Assembly (NCBI RefSeq): GCF_044704955.1
Contig: NC_091991.1
Location: forward strand, 33,108,001-33,172,000
DNA: 64,000 nucleotides
Source of the DNA: Pristiophorus japonicus
Lineage: Eukaryota
Direction of reading: 5' to 3'
Shown: positions 25,601 to 38,481 of the stretch, piece after piece
Position numbering within the stretch: the stretch's first letter is position 1
Layout: the number at the start of each line of letters is the position of its first letter
Program-made: the position numbers and the translations under genes
Notes under the pieces: model-generated
Told to the model about the DNA's origin: nothing
The model's database searches: none
The model's input: only the letters and a program-made list of their open reading frames with translations

Positions 25601-27110
25601 GGGCACATGAGTTGTCGTCGACAGACGAAAGCGCTCTGATGTCGCCCCAGTTCCAGCCTATCTTTCCCAGCCAGCTCCTGCCGAACAGCGTGGGGCCATC
25701 TCCCGGTACCACCCAGAGTGGTAACTTGTGCACCGCTCCATTGTAGGAGACCTTTATGGTAGCACTGCCGATTACGGGAATCAGTTCCTTTGTGTATGTT
25801 CTCAGTTTAGTGCGAATGGGAGTCAGGACTGGCCTTGAAGCCTTGCTGCACTACAATTTATCGAAAGTCTTTTTGCTCATTATGGACTGGCTTGGGCCCC
25901 GTGTCCAGCTCCATGGACACCGGGAGTCCATTTAGTTCAACCTTCAGCATTATCGGGGGACACTTTGTGGTAAATGTGTGCACCCCATATACCTCTGCCT
26001 CCTCAGTCTGAGGCTCTGGTTCGTCGTGATCCACCGTGGATCTGTTCTCCTGTGCAACATGGTGGTTTGCAGGATTAGCAGGGTTTGCAGCTCGACTGCT
26101 CATGCGTTGGGGGTGTCCCATTGTTCCACAGCCCTTGCAAACGTATCCTTTGAAGCGGCATGAATGGAAACGATGATCACCCCCGCAGCGCCAACAAGGT
26201 GTTAATGGCCTTGTATTCACACATCCTTGATGGTGGACTCTCTGTCATCTGTGGACGTGCAGCTGCAGGCATGTAAGTCCTGCCCTGTACATTTCGATTC
26301 GAAAATAACCTTACTTTATTCACAGTACTTGCAGCAGCACTAGTGTGCTGAGAAATTTGTTTGGTAATATCACTGGTGGCAATAAATGCCTGGGCTATCG
26401 CTATGGCTTTACTCAAGGTTGGGGTCTCTACAGTCAAAAGTTTGCGAAGTATTACTTCATGGCCAATGCCAAGTACAAAGAACTCCATGAGCAAGTGCTC
26501 CACGTGTCCTTCAAATTCGCAATGGCGCCTTAGCTCGCCACTTCCTGGCCTTCAGACCTCTTGTAAGTGTAGAACCGATACCTTGCCATCAGAATGCTTT
26601 CCTTCGGGTTTAGATGCTCCCGGACCAGTGTGCACAACTCATCGTACGACTTTTGTGTGGGTTTTGCTGGAGCGAGCAACTTTTTCATGAGGCCATACGT
26701 TGGTGCCCTGCAAACGGTGAGGAGGAGCGCCCTTCGTTTGGCAGCGTTCGCTTCTCCTTCCAGCTCATTAGCCACAAAGTATTGGTTGAGTCTCTCCACG
26801 AAGGTTTCCCAATCATCTCCCTCCAAAAATTTCTCCAGGATGCCCACGATTCTCTGCATTGTTGCGGTGGGGTTCGTCATCTGTATCTCATCGCCAGTTG
26901 TTATGTCTTGAATAAAGAGTCAGACTAGATACTGCAAGCTCAAAGTAAGGTGTGACCGTAGTCCTGTATCACAGATCTCAGAATGCCTCTCCAGCCTGTG
27001 AGGCCCCTTTATATACAGGTGCTCCCAAGGGATTGTGGGATCCCTTGGGACTCTAGGGGATAAGCCCTCTGGTGGTTATACATGGTATTTGCAGGTTTAC
27101 ATACATAACA
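22601..27110 (-). mobile_element. Full-length decayed Gypsy nested in the RTE
   Basis: LTRs 22601-22814 and 26899-27110; perfect TSD gaaag; PBS tggcgatgag; VVFQDD RT motif; RTE frame (DNVEH|FPYL) resumes across the insertion. Confidence 0.96.
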
Positions 27111-29511
27111 GAAAGTGCTCCACGTTGTCGAGTGCCATGCCGTGAATCTTGATGACTGGGGGGCAGTGTTGTGCGGCGAGGACAGGCTGGTGGACGACCT
27201 TTGTCTTACGGATGTTAAGTGTTAAGGCTCATGCTTTCATATGCTTCGGTGAATACATCGACTATACCCTAGAGTTCAGCCTCAGAATTTGCGCAGACGC
27301 AGGCGTCGTCCACGTACTGTAGTTCAATGACAGAGGTTGGGGTGATCTTGGACCTGGTCTGGAGGCGGCGTAGGTTAAACAGCTTCCCACTGGTTCTGTA
27401 GTTTAGTTCCACTCCAGCAGGGAGCTTGTTGACTGTGAGGTGGAGCATGGCAGCAAGGAAGATTGAGAAGAGGGTTGGGGCGATGACGCAGCCCTGTTTG
27501 ACCCCGGTCCGGACGTGGATTGGGTCTGTAATGGAACCACTGGTAAGGATCACAACCTGCATGTCGTCGTGTAGCAGGCGAAGGATGTTGACAAATTTTT
27601 GGGGGCATCCAAAACGGAGGAGGATGCGGTAAGCCCTCATAATTGACAGTGTCAAAAGCCTTTGTAAGATCGAAAAAGGCCATGTATAAGGGCTGGCGCT
27701 GCTCCGTGCATTTTTCCTGCAGCTGTCGCGCTGCAAAGATCATGTCCGTTGTGCCCCGTAGGGGACGAAATCCGCATTGTGATTCCGGGAGGAGCTTCTC
27801 GGCCACAGGGAGAAGATGGTTGAGGAGAACTCTAGCAACAACCCTCCCAGTGGCTGATAGCAGGGAGATTCCCCTGTAGTTGCCGCAGTCAGACTTGTTC
27901 CCCTTTTTAAAGATGGTCACGATCACTGCATCTGAGATCTCCCGGCATGCTCTCCTCCCTCCAAATGAGAGAGATGAGGTCATGTATCCGCGCCAACAGC
28001 GCCTCTCTGCCATACTTTAGCACCTCAGCAGGAATTCCATCCGCACCTGTAGTCTTGTTATTCTTGAGTTGTGTTATGGCTTTGCCTACCTCGTGCAGTG
28101 TTGGGGTTTCACTGAGGCGGTGGCGGGTCGCATGCTGCGGGATGGTGTTGAGAACACTCGAGTCAAAGGCAGAGTCTCGACTGAGGAGATCTTCAAAGTG
28201 CTCCTTCCAGCGGGCCCTGACAGCCTCGGTGTCCTTGATGAGTGTTTCCCCATTCTTGGCCAGGAGTGGGGTGGGGCCTTGGGAGTTTGGACCGTAGGTG
28301 GCCTTGACTGCGATGAAGAATCCTCACATATCGAGGCTGTCGGCCAGTTGTTGCATCTCCTGTGCTTTCTCCATCCACCACCTGTTCTTTAGGTCCCGGG
28401 TTTTTTGTTGGATCTCAGCCTTGAGCCGCCTGTAATGTTGCTTTGCAGCTCCCGAGTTGGGTTGTTGCTTGAGGCTCAGAAATGCTCTGTGCTTAAGATC
28501 TATTAGTTCTTGGATCTCCTGATCATTTTCATCAAACCAGTTTTCTGGTTGAGTATCCAAGTGTCTCTTCACAGGCGCTGGTTATGGAGGCCTGGAGGGC
28601 AGACCAAGCGCTGTGGGCATTGAGCATCTCGGGGTCATCAAGGCATGTCAGATTAGCTGTGAGGCGCTGGCTGTATAGGGCACTCTTAGCTGGGACTTTA
28701 AGTGCCCCGGCATTAACTTTTTTACGGCACAACTTCTGCTGTCCCCTCTTCTTTGGGGCTATGTTAATATCGATGATGGATCGGATTAGGCGATGGTCTG
28801 TCCAGCAGTCGTCAGCTCCTGTCATGGCGTGGGTGATGCGCACATCCTTGCGATCCCTGGCTCGGACGATGACATAGTCGAGCAGGTGCCAGTGTTTGGA
28901 GCGAGGGTGTTACCACGATGCCTTGTATTTGTCCCTCTGGGGAACAAGGTGTTGGTGATGAGGAGTTCGTGTTCTATACATCTTTTCAGGAGTAGGGTAC
29001 CGCTGGAGTTGGCTTTCCCGATCCCCTCTCTGCCAATCACGCCTCCCCAGAGGGCTGTGTCTTTGCCGACCCTGGCATTAAAGTCACCTAGGAGGATCAA
29101 TTTGTTGCCCATGGGGTCAGTTGTCCGCTGGGGTTCCAAGGGATGTTTTGGAAAGTTTCTTCCAAGGTAAAACATTTCCCCAAAGGTTTCCAAGTTGTTT
29201 TAAAAGTTTAAGAGTTTAAAAGTATTTCCAAATTTTAAAAAAGTTACTCCGGTTGATTGAAGGTTTAATAAATAGATTAAAAGTTGATTAAAAGTTGATA
29301 AAGTCTAAAATGTAAATCAAGTTGTTTAAAAGTTAGTGTTCACCGCTAGCGACCTAGGGCAGATACAGCCCGTCATTGGGCCGGGCCGGCTGGTTGAAGA
29401 GACCTGCAGTGTGAGGCTGGGCCAGACCGGCTGGCCAAAGGGACCCAGAGTGTGTCGTTGGGCCAGGCCGGCGGGCCAAAGGGACCCAGAGTGCATTGTT
29501 GGGCTGGGCTT

Positions 29512-29699
29512 CCCCTCTGACACTGCAGACTCCGTCAGTACTGCCCTCCGACAGGGCAGCGCTCCTTCAGTACTGTTCGTCCGACAATGTAGCATTCGAT
29601 CAGTACTTCCATTCCGACAGTGCAGCACTCCCTCAATACTGCCCCTCCAACAGTGCAGCGCTCCCTCAGTAATGCTCTCGACAATGCAGTGTTCCCTCA
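29512..29699. repeat. ~32-bp SINE-related satellite (ccctccgacagtgcagcactccctcagtactg-like, ~6 units)
   Basis: Tandem degenerate units resembling the SINE segment ccaacagtgcagcagtccctcagcactg at ~5553. Confidence 0.75.
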
Positions 29700-29708
29700 G
29701 TCTTGTGT

Positions 29709-31480
29709 AGAGAGCACTGGGCTTCACTGTGTGGTGTAGAGCGCACTGGGCTTCACTGTGTCACAGAGCGCACTGGGCTTCACTGTGTGGTATAGGGAGC
29801 ACTGGGCTTCACTGTGTGGTATAGGGAGCACTGGGCTTCACTGTGTGGTGTAGAACGCACTGGGCTTCACTGTGTCACAGAGCGCACTGAGCTTCACTGT
29901 GTGGAAAAGGGAGCACTGGGCTTCACTGTGTGGTGTAGAACGCACTGGGCTTCACTGTGTCACAGAGCGCACTGAGCTTCACTGTGTGGTATAGGGAGCA
30001 CTGAGCTTCACTGTGTGGTATAGGGAGCACTGTGCTTCACTGTGTGCTATAGGGAGCACTGGGCTTCACTGTGTGGTGTAGAACGCACTGGGCTTCACTG
30101 TGTGGTATAGGGAGCACTGGGCTTCACTGTGTGGTATAGGGAGCACTGGGCTTCACTGTGTGGTATAGGGAGCACTGTGCTTCACTGTGTGCTATAGGGA
30201 GCACTGGGCTTCACTGTGTGGTGTAGAACGCACTGGGCTTCACTGTGTGGTATAGGGAGCACTGGGCTTCACTGTGTCACAGAGTGCACTGGGCTTCACT
30301 GTGTGGTATAGGGAGCACTGGGCTTCACTGTGTGGTGTAGAACGCACTGGGCTTCACTGTGTCACAGAGCGCACTGAGCTTCACTGTGTGGTATAGGGAG
30401 CACTGGGCTTCACTGTGTGGTGTAGAACGCACTGGGCTTCACTGTGTCACAGAGCGCACTGGGCTTCACTGTGTGGTATAGGGAGCACTGGGTTTCACTG
30501 TGTGGTGTAGAACGCACTGGGCTTCACTTTGTGGTGTAGAACGCACTGGGCTTCACTGTGTCACAGAGCGCACTGGGCTTCACTGTGTGGTATAGGGAGC
30601 ACTGGGCTTCACTGTGTGGTGTAGAACGCACTGGGCTTCACTGTGTCACAGAGCGCACTGAGCTTCACTGTGTGGAAAAGGGAGCACTGGGCTTCACTGT
30701 GTGGTGTAGAACGCACTGGGCTTCACTGTGTCACAGAGCGCACTGAGCTTCACTGTGTGGTATAGGGAGCACTGAGCTTCACTGTGTGGTATAGGGAGCA
30801 CTGTGCTTCACTGTGTGCTATAGGGAGCACTGGGCTTCACTGTGTGGTGTAGAACGCACTGGGCTTCACTGTGTGGTATAGGGAGCACTGGGCTTCACTG
30901 TGTGGTGTAGAACGCACTGAGCTTCACTGTGTGGTATAGGGAGCACTGAGCTTCACTGTGTGGTATAGGGAGCACTGTGCTTCACTGTGTGCTATAGGGA
31001 GCACTGGGCTTCACTGTGTGGTATAGGGAGCACTGGGCTTCACTGTGTGCTATAGGGAGCACTGGGCTTCACTGTGTGGTGTAGAACGCACTGGGCTTCA
31101 CTGTGTGGTATAGGGAGCACTGGGCTTCACTGTGTCACAGAGTGCACTGGGCTTCACTGTGTGGTGTAGAACGCACTGGGCTTCACTGTGTCACAGAGCG
31201 CACTGAGCTTCACTGTGTGGTATAGGGAGCACTGAGCTTCACTGTGTGGTATAGGGAGCACTGTGCTTCACTGTGTGCTATAGGGAGCACTGGGCTTCAC
31301 TGTGTGGTGTAGAACGCACTGGGCTTCACTGTGTGGTATAGGGAGCACTGGGCTTCACTGTGTCACAGAGTGCACTGGGCTTCACTGTGTGGTATAGGGA
31401 GCACTGGGCTTCACTGTGTGGTGTAGAACGCACTGGGCTTCACTGTGTCACAGAGCGCACTGTGCTTCACTGTGTGGTGC
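29709..31480. repeat. 27-29-bp minisatellite (gcactgggcttcactgtgt core, ~60 units) with higher-order structure
   Basis: Directly visible; only ~2 units at the equivalent site in copies 1 and 2. Confidence 0.97.
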
Positions 31481-31619
31481 AGAGACCCGATTAGAACTGG
31501 AGCATAAGTGCAGATCGGCTCCTCACTGTTTCTTTACAGAAAGAGTGGGCTCACCTCAACATGAATTTGTAGACAAATATTTTTGTGGGTGTGCGAGGCT
31601 AGTGATCCCAGGTAGATCC

Positions 31620-31830
31620 TGTCTTGTATCCTACATGTTTACTGCTTGTACTATTACAAGGTGTGCCACTAGAGGGAACTGCAGTGGGAGACTTGCAGGT
31701 TACCTGTACAAGTTTTGCCTGGCCTAGTGATCCTAACTCTGGGGTTATATTAAATGGACTAAGGTCACTACAGTTCAAGTACAACACATTGTCTCGTGGA
31801 GTCATTATCAGAGCACCTGAAGACATAACC
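31620..31830 (+). mobile_element. Solo LTR related to the 50923-54171 Gypsy
   Basis: tgtc..aaggtgtgccac.agaggg..aagacataac; TSD gatcc/ggtcc; absent in copies 1 and 2. Confidence 0.82.
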
Positions 31831-32998
31831 GGTCCTGTCATGTATACTTGTGTGCAGCTGATGAAGGGAGAATGGGATGGCGACTGTTTGCTGCACACTT
31901 GTAATGTGAAAGCATCGTAAAGACCAAATCATCGAAGGTCTTCCTGTTTCAGAGCATGAGAGAAACTTCAAAATGGAGCTCAGAACCTCATTAATATGTC
32001 ACGCCTGGGGCAAATGAACAATGGAGAAACTCAGACAAAATAAACTGAGGGCGAAGGTTTATCAAGTTGATAATAAATGTAATCCATCACTACTGATCCA
32101 TCAAGAATAACATTTTGCATCCTGTCTCAAACCGTAATCATTCAGTGGAAGAATCCGCTTATACAAGATTGGAGGAGGCCCTCGAACATTTGAAGGGAGC
32201 TTGGTGTAAATTGAGATGTTCTAATTCTGGAATTATCTTGCATGTTAACATTCACCTCGTCAGTGGGGAAAATTCTTATTTAAATAACCTGTGGAACACG
32301 CTTTCTACTATTGGGGCATTTTCATTTTAGTGAGAACGCATTTCGTTTAAAAAAAAATATTTTTTGGTATTGTATTTTGTAAATGGTTACTAATTTTGAT
32401 GCTACTATCTATAACGTTAAATATCTTGCGTCCGTGTGGAGTTTCTGTCTGAACACTTGTCATACATTTTGTGTCGATCTTTCCGTTATAAATGCCTATA
32501 TCCGCATTTATAATGGAAAATGTGTAAGTAAACTCCTCAATCTGTGCAACCTGCCTTCAATGCCCTCAAGATACTATTAGAAATTGTTTCGCATCTGCCA
32601 TTTTTTTTCTATTTGAAATTTCTAATGTCTAAAATAAGGAGTTAGTGAAAATAAAAGTAACTCACAATAATACATTTATCCATTGAATTGTCTTTTGTGT
32701 CTTTTAAAGCCTTCATTAAAGTTTTTATTTGAAGTCTCTAACACAACCCTGGGCTTGGAGTTGATATTTTAGCCCGAGCTGTAATGCCGTGAGCTGAATT
32801 TGAATTGTGCAGTCTGATCATGTCATGTATCTCACTTCCCAGGATGCCTCACGCCATTCAGTCAGCTATATTTCTTCAGCTTCTAGTAGTTTCTGCTCAA
32901 AAAATCTAAATTATTTAAAGAAAAACTGTAGCACAGATTTCCAAATCTTTTACTTTAGGTAAAAGTCAGTAGCTGCGAAGTTTTGGAGCGCCCTGTTT

Positions 32999-35900
32999 AG
33001 AAACATAGAAAATTGGTGCAATGGTAGGCCATTCGGCCCTTCGAGGTTGCATCACCATTCAATATGATCATGGCTGATCATGTAACTTTAGTACCCCATT
33101 CCTGCTTTCTCTCCATACCCCTTGATCCCTTTAGCCATAAGGGCCACATCTAACTCCCTTTTGAATATATCTAACGAACTGGCCTCAACAACTTTCTGTG
33201 GTAGAGAATTCAACAGATTCACAATTCTCTGAGTGAAGAAGTTTCTCCTCATCTCTGTCCCAAATGGCTTACCCCTTATCCTTAGACTGTGACCCCTGGT
33301 TCTGGACTTCCCCAATATTGGGAACATTCTTCCTGCATCTAACCTGTCTAAACCCGTCAGAATTTAATGTTTCTATGAGATCCCCTCTCATTCTTCTAAA
33401 TTGCAATGAATATAAGCCTAGTCGATCCAGTCTTTCTTCATATGCCAATCCTGCCATCCCGGGAATAAGTCTGGTGAACCTTCACTGCACTCCCTCAATA
33501 GCAAGAATGTCCTTCCTCAGATTAGGAAACCAAAACGGTACACAATATTCAAGGTGTGGCCTCACCAGGGCCCTGTACAACTGCAGTAAGACTTCCCTGC
33601 TCCTATACTCAAATCCTCTCGCTATGAAGGCCAACATGCTATTTGCCTTCTTCACCGCCTGCTGTACCTGCATGCCAACTTTCAATAACTGATGTACCAT
33701 GACACCCAGGTCTCGTTGCACCTCCCCTTTTCCTAATCTGTCACCATTCAGATAATCTGCCTTCCTGTTTTTGCGACCAAAGTGAATAACCTCACATTTA
33801 TCTACATTATACTGCATCTGCCATGCATTTGCCCACTCACCAACCCTGCAGTCCCTTAGCATCCTCCTCACAGCTCATACTGCCACCCAACTTAGTGTCA
33901 TCTGTAAACTTGGAGATATAACATTCAATTCCTTCGTCTAAATCATTAATATATATTGTAAATAGCTGGGGTCCCAGCACTGAACCTTGCGGTACCCCAC
34001 TAGTCATTGCCTGTCATTTTGAAAAGAACCCGTTTATTCCTACTCTTTGCTTACTGTCTGCCAACCCTTTCTCTATCCACTTCAATACATTACCCCCAAT
34101 ACCATATGCTTTAATTTTGCACACTAATCCCGTGTGTGGGACCTTGTCAAAGACCTTTTGAAAGTCCAAATACACCACATCCACTGGTTCTCCCTTGTCC
34201 ACTCTACTAGTTACATCCTCAAAAGATTCTAGGAAGATTTATCATGCATGATTTCCCTTTCATAAATCCATGCTAACTTGGACCGATCCTGTCACTGCTT
34301 TCCAAATGCGCTGCTATTACATCTTTAATAATTGATTCCAACATTTTCCCCACTACCAATGTCAGGCTAATTGGTCGATAATTCCCTGTTTTCTCTCTCA
34401 CTCCTTTTTTTAAAAAGTGGGGTTACATTAGCTACCCTCCAATCCATAGGAACTAATTCAGAGCCTATAGACTGTTGGAAAATGACCACCAATGCATGCA
34501 CGATTTCTAGGGCCACCTCCTTAAGTACTCTGGGATGCAGACTATCAGGCCTTGGGGATTTATCGACCTTCAATCCCATCAATTTCCCTAACACAATTTT
34601 CTGACTAATAAGGATTTCCTTCAGCTCCTCCTTCTCGTGAGACCCTCGGTCATTTCCAAAAGGTTATTTGTGTCTTCCTTAGTGAAGACAGAACCAAAGT
34701 ATTTGTTCAATTGGACTGCCATTTCTTTGTTCCCCATTATAAATTCACCTGATTTTGACTGCAAAGGACCTACATTTGTCTTCACTAATCTTTTCCTCTT
34801 CACATATCTATAGAAGCTTTTGCAGTCAGTTTTGACGTTCCTTGCAAGCTTACTCTCATACTATGTTCCCCCTCCTAATTAAATAGATATGTGAAGAGAA
34901 AAAGATTAGTGAAGACTAATGTAGGTCCCTTGCAGTCAAAACCAGGTGAATTTATAATGGGGAACAAAGAAATGGCAGACTAATTGAACAAATACTTTGG
35001 TTCTGTCTTCACTAAGGAAGACACAAATAACCTTCTGGAAATACTAGGGGATCGAGGATCTAGCGAGAAGGAGGAACTGAAGGATATCCTTATTAGTCAG
35101 GAAATTGTGTTGGGGAAATTGATGGGATTGAAGGCCAATAAATCCTCAGGGCCTGATAGTCTGTATCACAGAGTGCTTAAGGAAGTGGCCCTAGAAATAG
35201 TGGATGCATTGGTGGTCATTTTCCAACATTCTATAGACTCTGGATCAGTTCCTATGGATTGGAGGGTAGCTAATGTAACCCCACTTTTTAAAAAAGGAGG
35301 GAGAGAAAAAACAGGGAATTATAGACTGGTTAGTCTGACATCGGTAGTGGGGAAAATGTTGGAATCAATTATTAAAGATGTAATAGCAGCGCATTTGGAA
35401 AGCAGTGACAGGATCGGTCCAAGTCAGCATGGATTTATGAAAGGGAAATCATGCATGATAAATCTTCTAGAATTTTTTGAGGATGTAACTAGTAGAGTAG
35501 ACAAGGGAGAACCAGTGGATGTGGTGTATTTGGACTTTCAAAAGGTTTTGACAAGGTTCCACACAAGAGATTGGTGTGCAAAATTAAGGCACATGGTATT
35601 GGGGGCAATGTATTGACATCGATAGAGAAATGGTTGGCAGACAGGAAGCAAAGAATGGGAATAAACAGGTCCTTTTCAGAATAGCAGGCAGTGATTAGTG
35701 GGGTGCCGCAGGGTTCAGTGCTGGGACCCCAGCTATTTACAATGTACATTAATGATTTAGGCAAAGGAATTGAATGTAATATCTCCAAGTTTACAGATGA
35801 CACTAAGCTGGGTGGCAGTGCGACCTGCATGGAGGATGTCAAAATGCTGCAGGGGGACTTGGACAGGTTAGGTGAATGGGCAAATGCATGGCAGATGCAG

Positions 35901-37020
35901 TATAATGTGGATAAATGTGAGATTATCCACTTTGGTGGCAAAAACAGGAAGGCAGATTATTATCTGAATGGTGACAGATTAATAAAAGGGGAGGTGCAAC
36001 GAGACCTGGGTGTCATGGTACATCAGTCATTGAAGGTAGGCATGCAGGTACAGCAGGCGGTGAAGAAAGTAAATGACACGCTGGCCTTCATAGCGGGGGG
36101 ATTTGAGTATAGGAGCAGAGAGGTCTTACTGCAGTTATACAGGGCCTTGGTGAGATCACACCTTGAGTATTGTGTGCAGTTTTGGTCTCCTAATCTGAGG
36201 AAGGATGGCTTGCTATTGAGGGAGTGCAGCGAAGGTTCATCAGACTGATTCCTGGGATGGCAGGACTGTCATATGAGGAAAGACTGGATCATCTAGGCTT
36301 GTATTCACTGGAATTTAGAAGAATAAAAGGGGATCCCATAGAAACATATAAAATTCTGACGGGACTGGACAGGTTAAATACAGGAAGAATGTTCCCAATG
36401 TTGGGGAAGTCCAAAACCAGGGGACACAGTCTAAGGATAAGGGGTAAGCCATTTAGGACTGAGACGAGGAGGAACTTCTTCACTCACAGAATTGTGAACC
36501 TGTGGAATTCTCTGCCACAGAAAGTTGTTGAGTCCAGTTCGTTGGACATATTCAAAAGGGAGTTAGATGTGGCCCTTACGGCTAAAGGGATCGGGGGTGT
36601 GGGGAAGGCCGGGGTGGGGTACTGAGGTTGAATGATCAGCCATGATCTTATTGAATATGATCATATGGCGGTGCAGGCTCGAAGGGCCGAATGGCCTGCT
36701 CTTGCACCTATTTTCTATGTTTCTTTGTAAACCCTTTGTCCTCCTCTGCTGAATTCTAAATTTCTCCCAGTCCTCAGGTTTGCTGCTTTTTCTGGCCAAT
36801 TTATATGCCTCTTTCTTGGATTTAGACTATCCCTAATTTCCCTTGTTAGCCACGGTTGAGCCACCTTCCCTGTTTTATTTTTCATGCCAGACAGGGATGT
36901 ACAATTGTTGTAGTTCATCCATGTGATCTTTAAATGTCTGCCATTGTCTATCCACCGTCAACCCTTTATGTATCATTCGCCATCCTATCCTAGCCAAATC
37001 ACGTCTCATACCATTGAAGT
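32999..37020 (-). mobile_element. 5'-truncated CR1 (32999-34883 + 36725-37020), split by a second CR1
   Basis: Minus-strand RT motifs; 36725-37020 continues the upstream ORF2 (KPEDWEKFRIQQ, VAQPWLTRE). Confidence 0.9.
34884..36723 (+). mobile_element. 5'-truncated CR1 inserted in opposite orientation
   Basis: ORFs 34984-36625 with NYRLVSL, GVPQGS, FTDDTKL; CR1 tail at ~36700-36723. Confidence 0.92.
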
Positions 37021-37707
37021 GATAACACTTACTAGTCGGGACATCCTGTGCCCGGCACAGAAATCCTGCCCCGCAAGCTAAATTGGGGTCACCACCACCG
37101 AGAGGAAGTGGAGCGCAATGTTGTACACTCCAGTTTCTCTCCAGGCGGGCTCAGGGGTACTTAGCGTGCGCAACGCAGAGGGCTACGCGGCCTCTCCACG
37201 TCGCGCCGACAAATTCCACAGGCGCTCCCCTTCCATTAAATGGGAAAGTGCTGTGAGCTCTGCATAGCCCTCGATGGGCCTCTGCAGCCCGGCACCAAAA
37301 CAGAATGCTGGACTGCACGATCCCATCACTGATCCCGCAAGATCAGCGTAAGTTGGCAAAAGAAAAAATAGCGGCACACATCTCCCGTTTAAATTTCACC
37401 CCGCAAGCGGAGTGCAGCCGAGATCAGATCCCGCGAGGTTGAAGCTGACACTGCCCATGGCAGCCTCACGGGACTGCCGCGGGGCGAAAAGAGGTCGCCC
37501 CACACGGCGATGATGCCATCGCTGGAGATGCAGCGGGTTGGGGCGCTAGTGATTTCACGCCTCCACTAACTCCCACGCAATTTCGAGGGAGCCAGTCGCA
37601 CATCCCTCCTCCCCCACATCTCCCCCCAAGGCGAAAACACATTTGCGTCCCATTAGCGCCCCCCGGAGGTGCTAACAGGAGGTGTGCAACAGACTGATTT
37701 CGGCTCC
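37021..37707. mobile_element. GC-rich non-autonomous DNA transposon remnant (left end probably ~32970)
   Basis: GC-rich block ending gatttcggctcc; left part paralogous to 4935-5059; TIR weak. Confidence 0.45.
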
Positions 37708-37881
37708 TATGTATGTATGCCAAAGTTTCTATGTGTCTGTGTACCGATTACATACATATAATATATACATTTTTGAGAAAGACCATTCGGGGAAGGAGAA
37801 AGAGAGTGAGGGATGTCTGTGAGGAGAGAAAATGTGTATCCTCCTTCATGTAATTTAACTTCAATTTTCAATAAAGTCATG

Positions 37882-38481
37882 GGGTCCGAATTTGATGGAC
37901 TAAACGCCCACTGCTGCCGACATTCCTCTTCGGGTTCCGTCCAGTGCCACTTTCGATTTGGGCTGGAGCGGGCGGGAGGGGAGAACCGCCCGCTGACGTC
38001 AGCGAATAGCCAAGTGGCGTAAGTGGACTCCTGCCCGCCGAGATGCCATATTCATGCGGGTGGGAGTCGCCGCCAGAACGGGGCTGGGCTGCTGCGTGGA
38101 GGCTGGTCTGTCCTCAACGGTAGGTCTGAAGAGCTGAAAGAAAAGGTGAGTAAACAATTTTTTCTTTTTTGTTTCTTTACAGGGACTCACCTGTATGGCG
38201 TACCTTGAAGGTGTTCCCATGTTTTTTTTAATGCTTTTTCTTTGCAGGTCTTCGGCCCTCTGTGGGCCTGACTCCATCCTCAGCGGCACTTGGGCGGCAA
38301 ACGCCTTTGCCGCCGAGAATGAGAGCTGCCGCCCAGATTGGTGGCGTAAGTCCCTCATTTGCCACCCGCTGACCTTCGAGGGACCTAGTTGATGAAAACC
38401 CCGCCCAAAGTACCATCGGGTACCTCAATGGTCCTCTCAGCAGCACTTGGGCGGGCGGGGGCCTTCATCAAATTCAAGCCC
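37882..38481. mobile_element. Harbinger-type MITE
   Basis: Imperfect TIR gggtccgaatttgatg / catcaaattcaagccc; TSD atg. Confidence 0.75.

Larger units (their letters stand above)
21808..29699 (-). mobile_element. RTE/BovB-like LINE (APE-RT) with nested Gypsy and ~580 bp non-RTE 5' extension
   Basis: [43 protein letters not shown]; tail at 21808; TSD gtcttgtgt at 21799-21807 and 29700-29708. Confidence 0.9.
19571..37110. repeat. Copy 3 of tandem unit (expanded by RTE+Gypsy, minisatellite, solo LTR, CR1 pair)
   Basis: Collinear with copy 1; after the CR1 pair, 37021-37110 (agtcgggacatcctg...aggaagtgg) matches 4970-5060. Confidence 0.88.

Noticed and set aside
29709-31480. CRISPR array or V(D)J RSS array (CACTGTG heptamer in every unit)
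   Set aside because: No unique spacers or cas genes; no nonamer at 12/23-bp spacing and no Ig/TCR V, D or J coding segments nearby.
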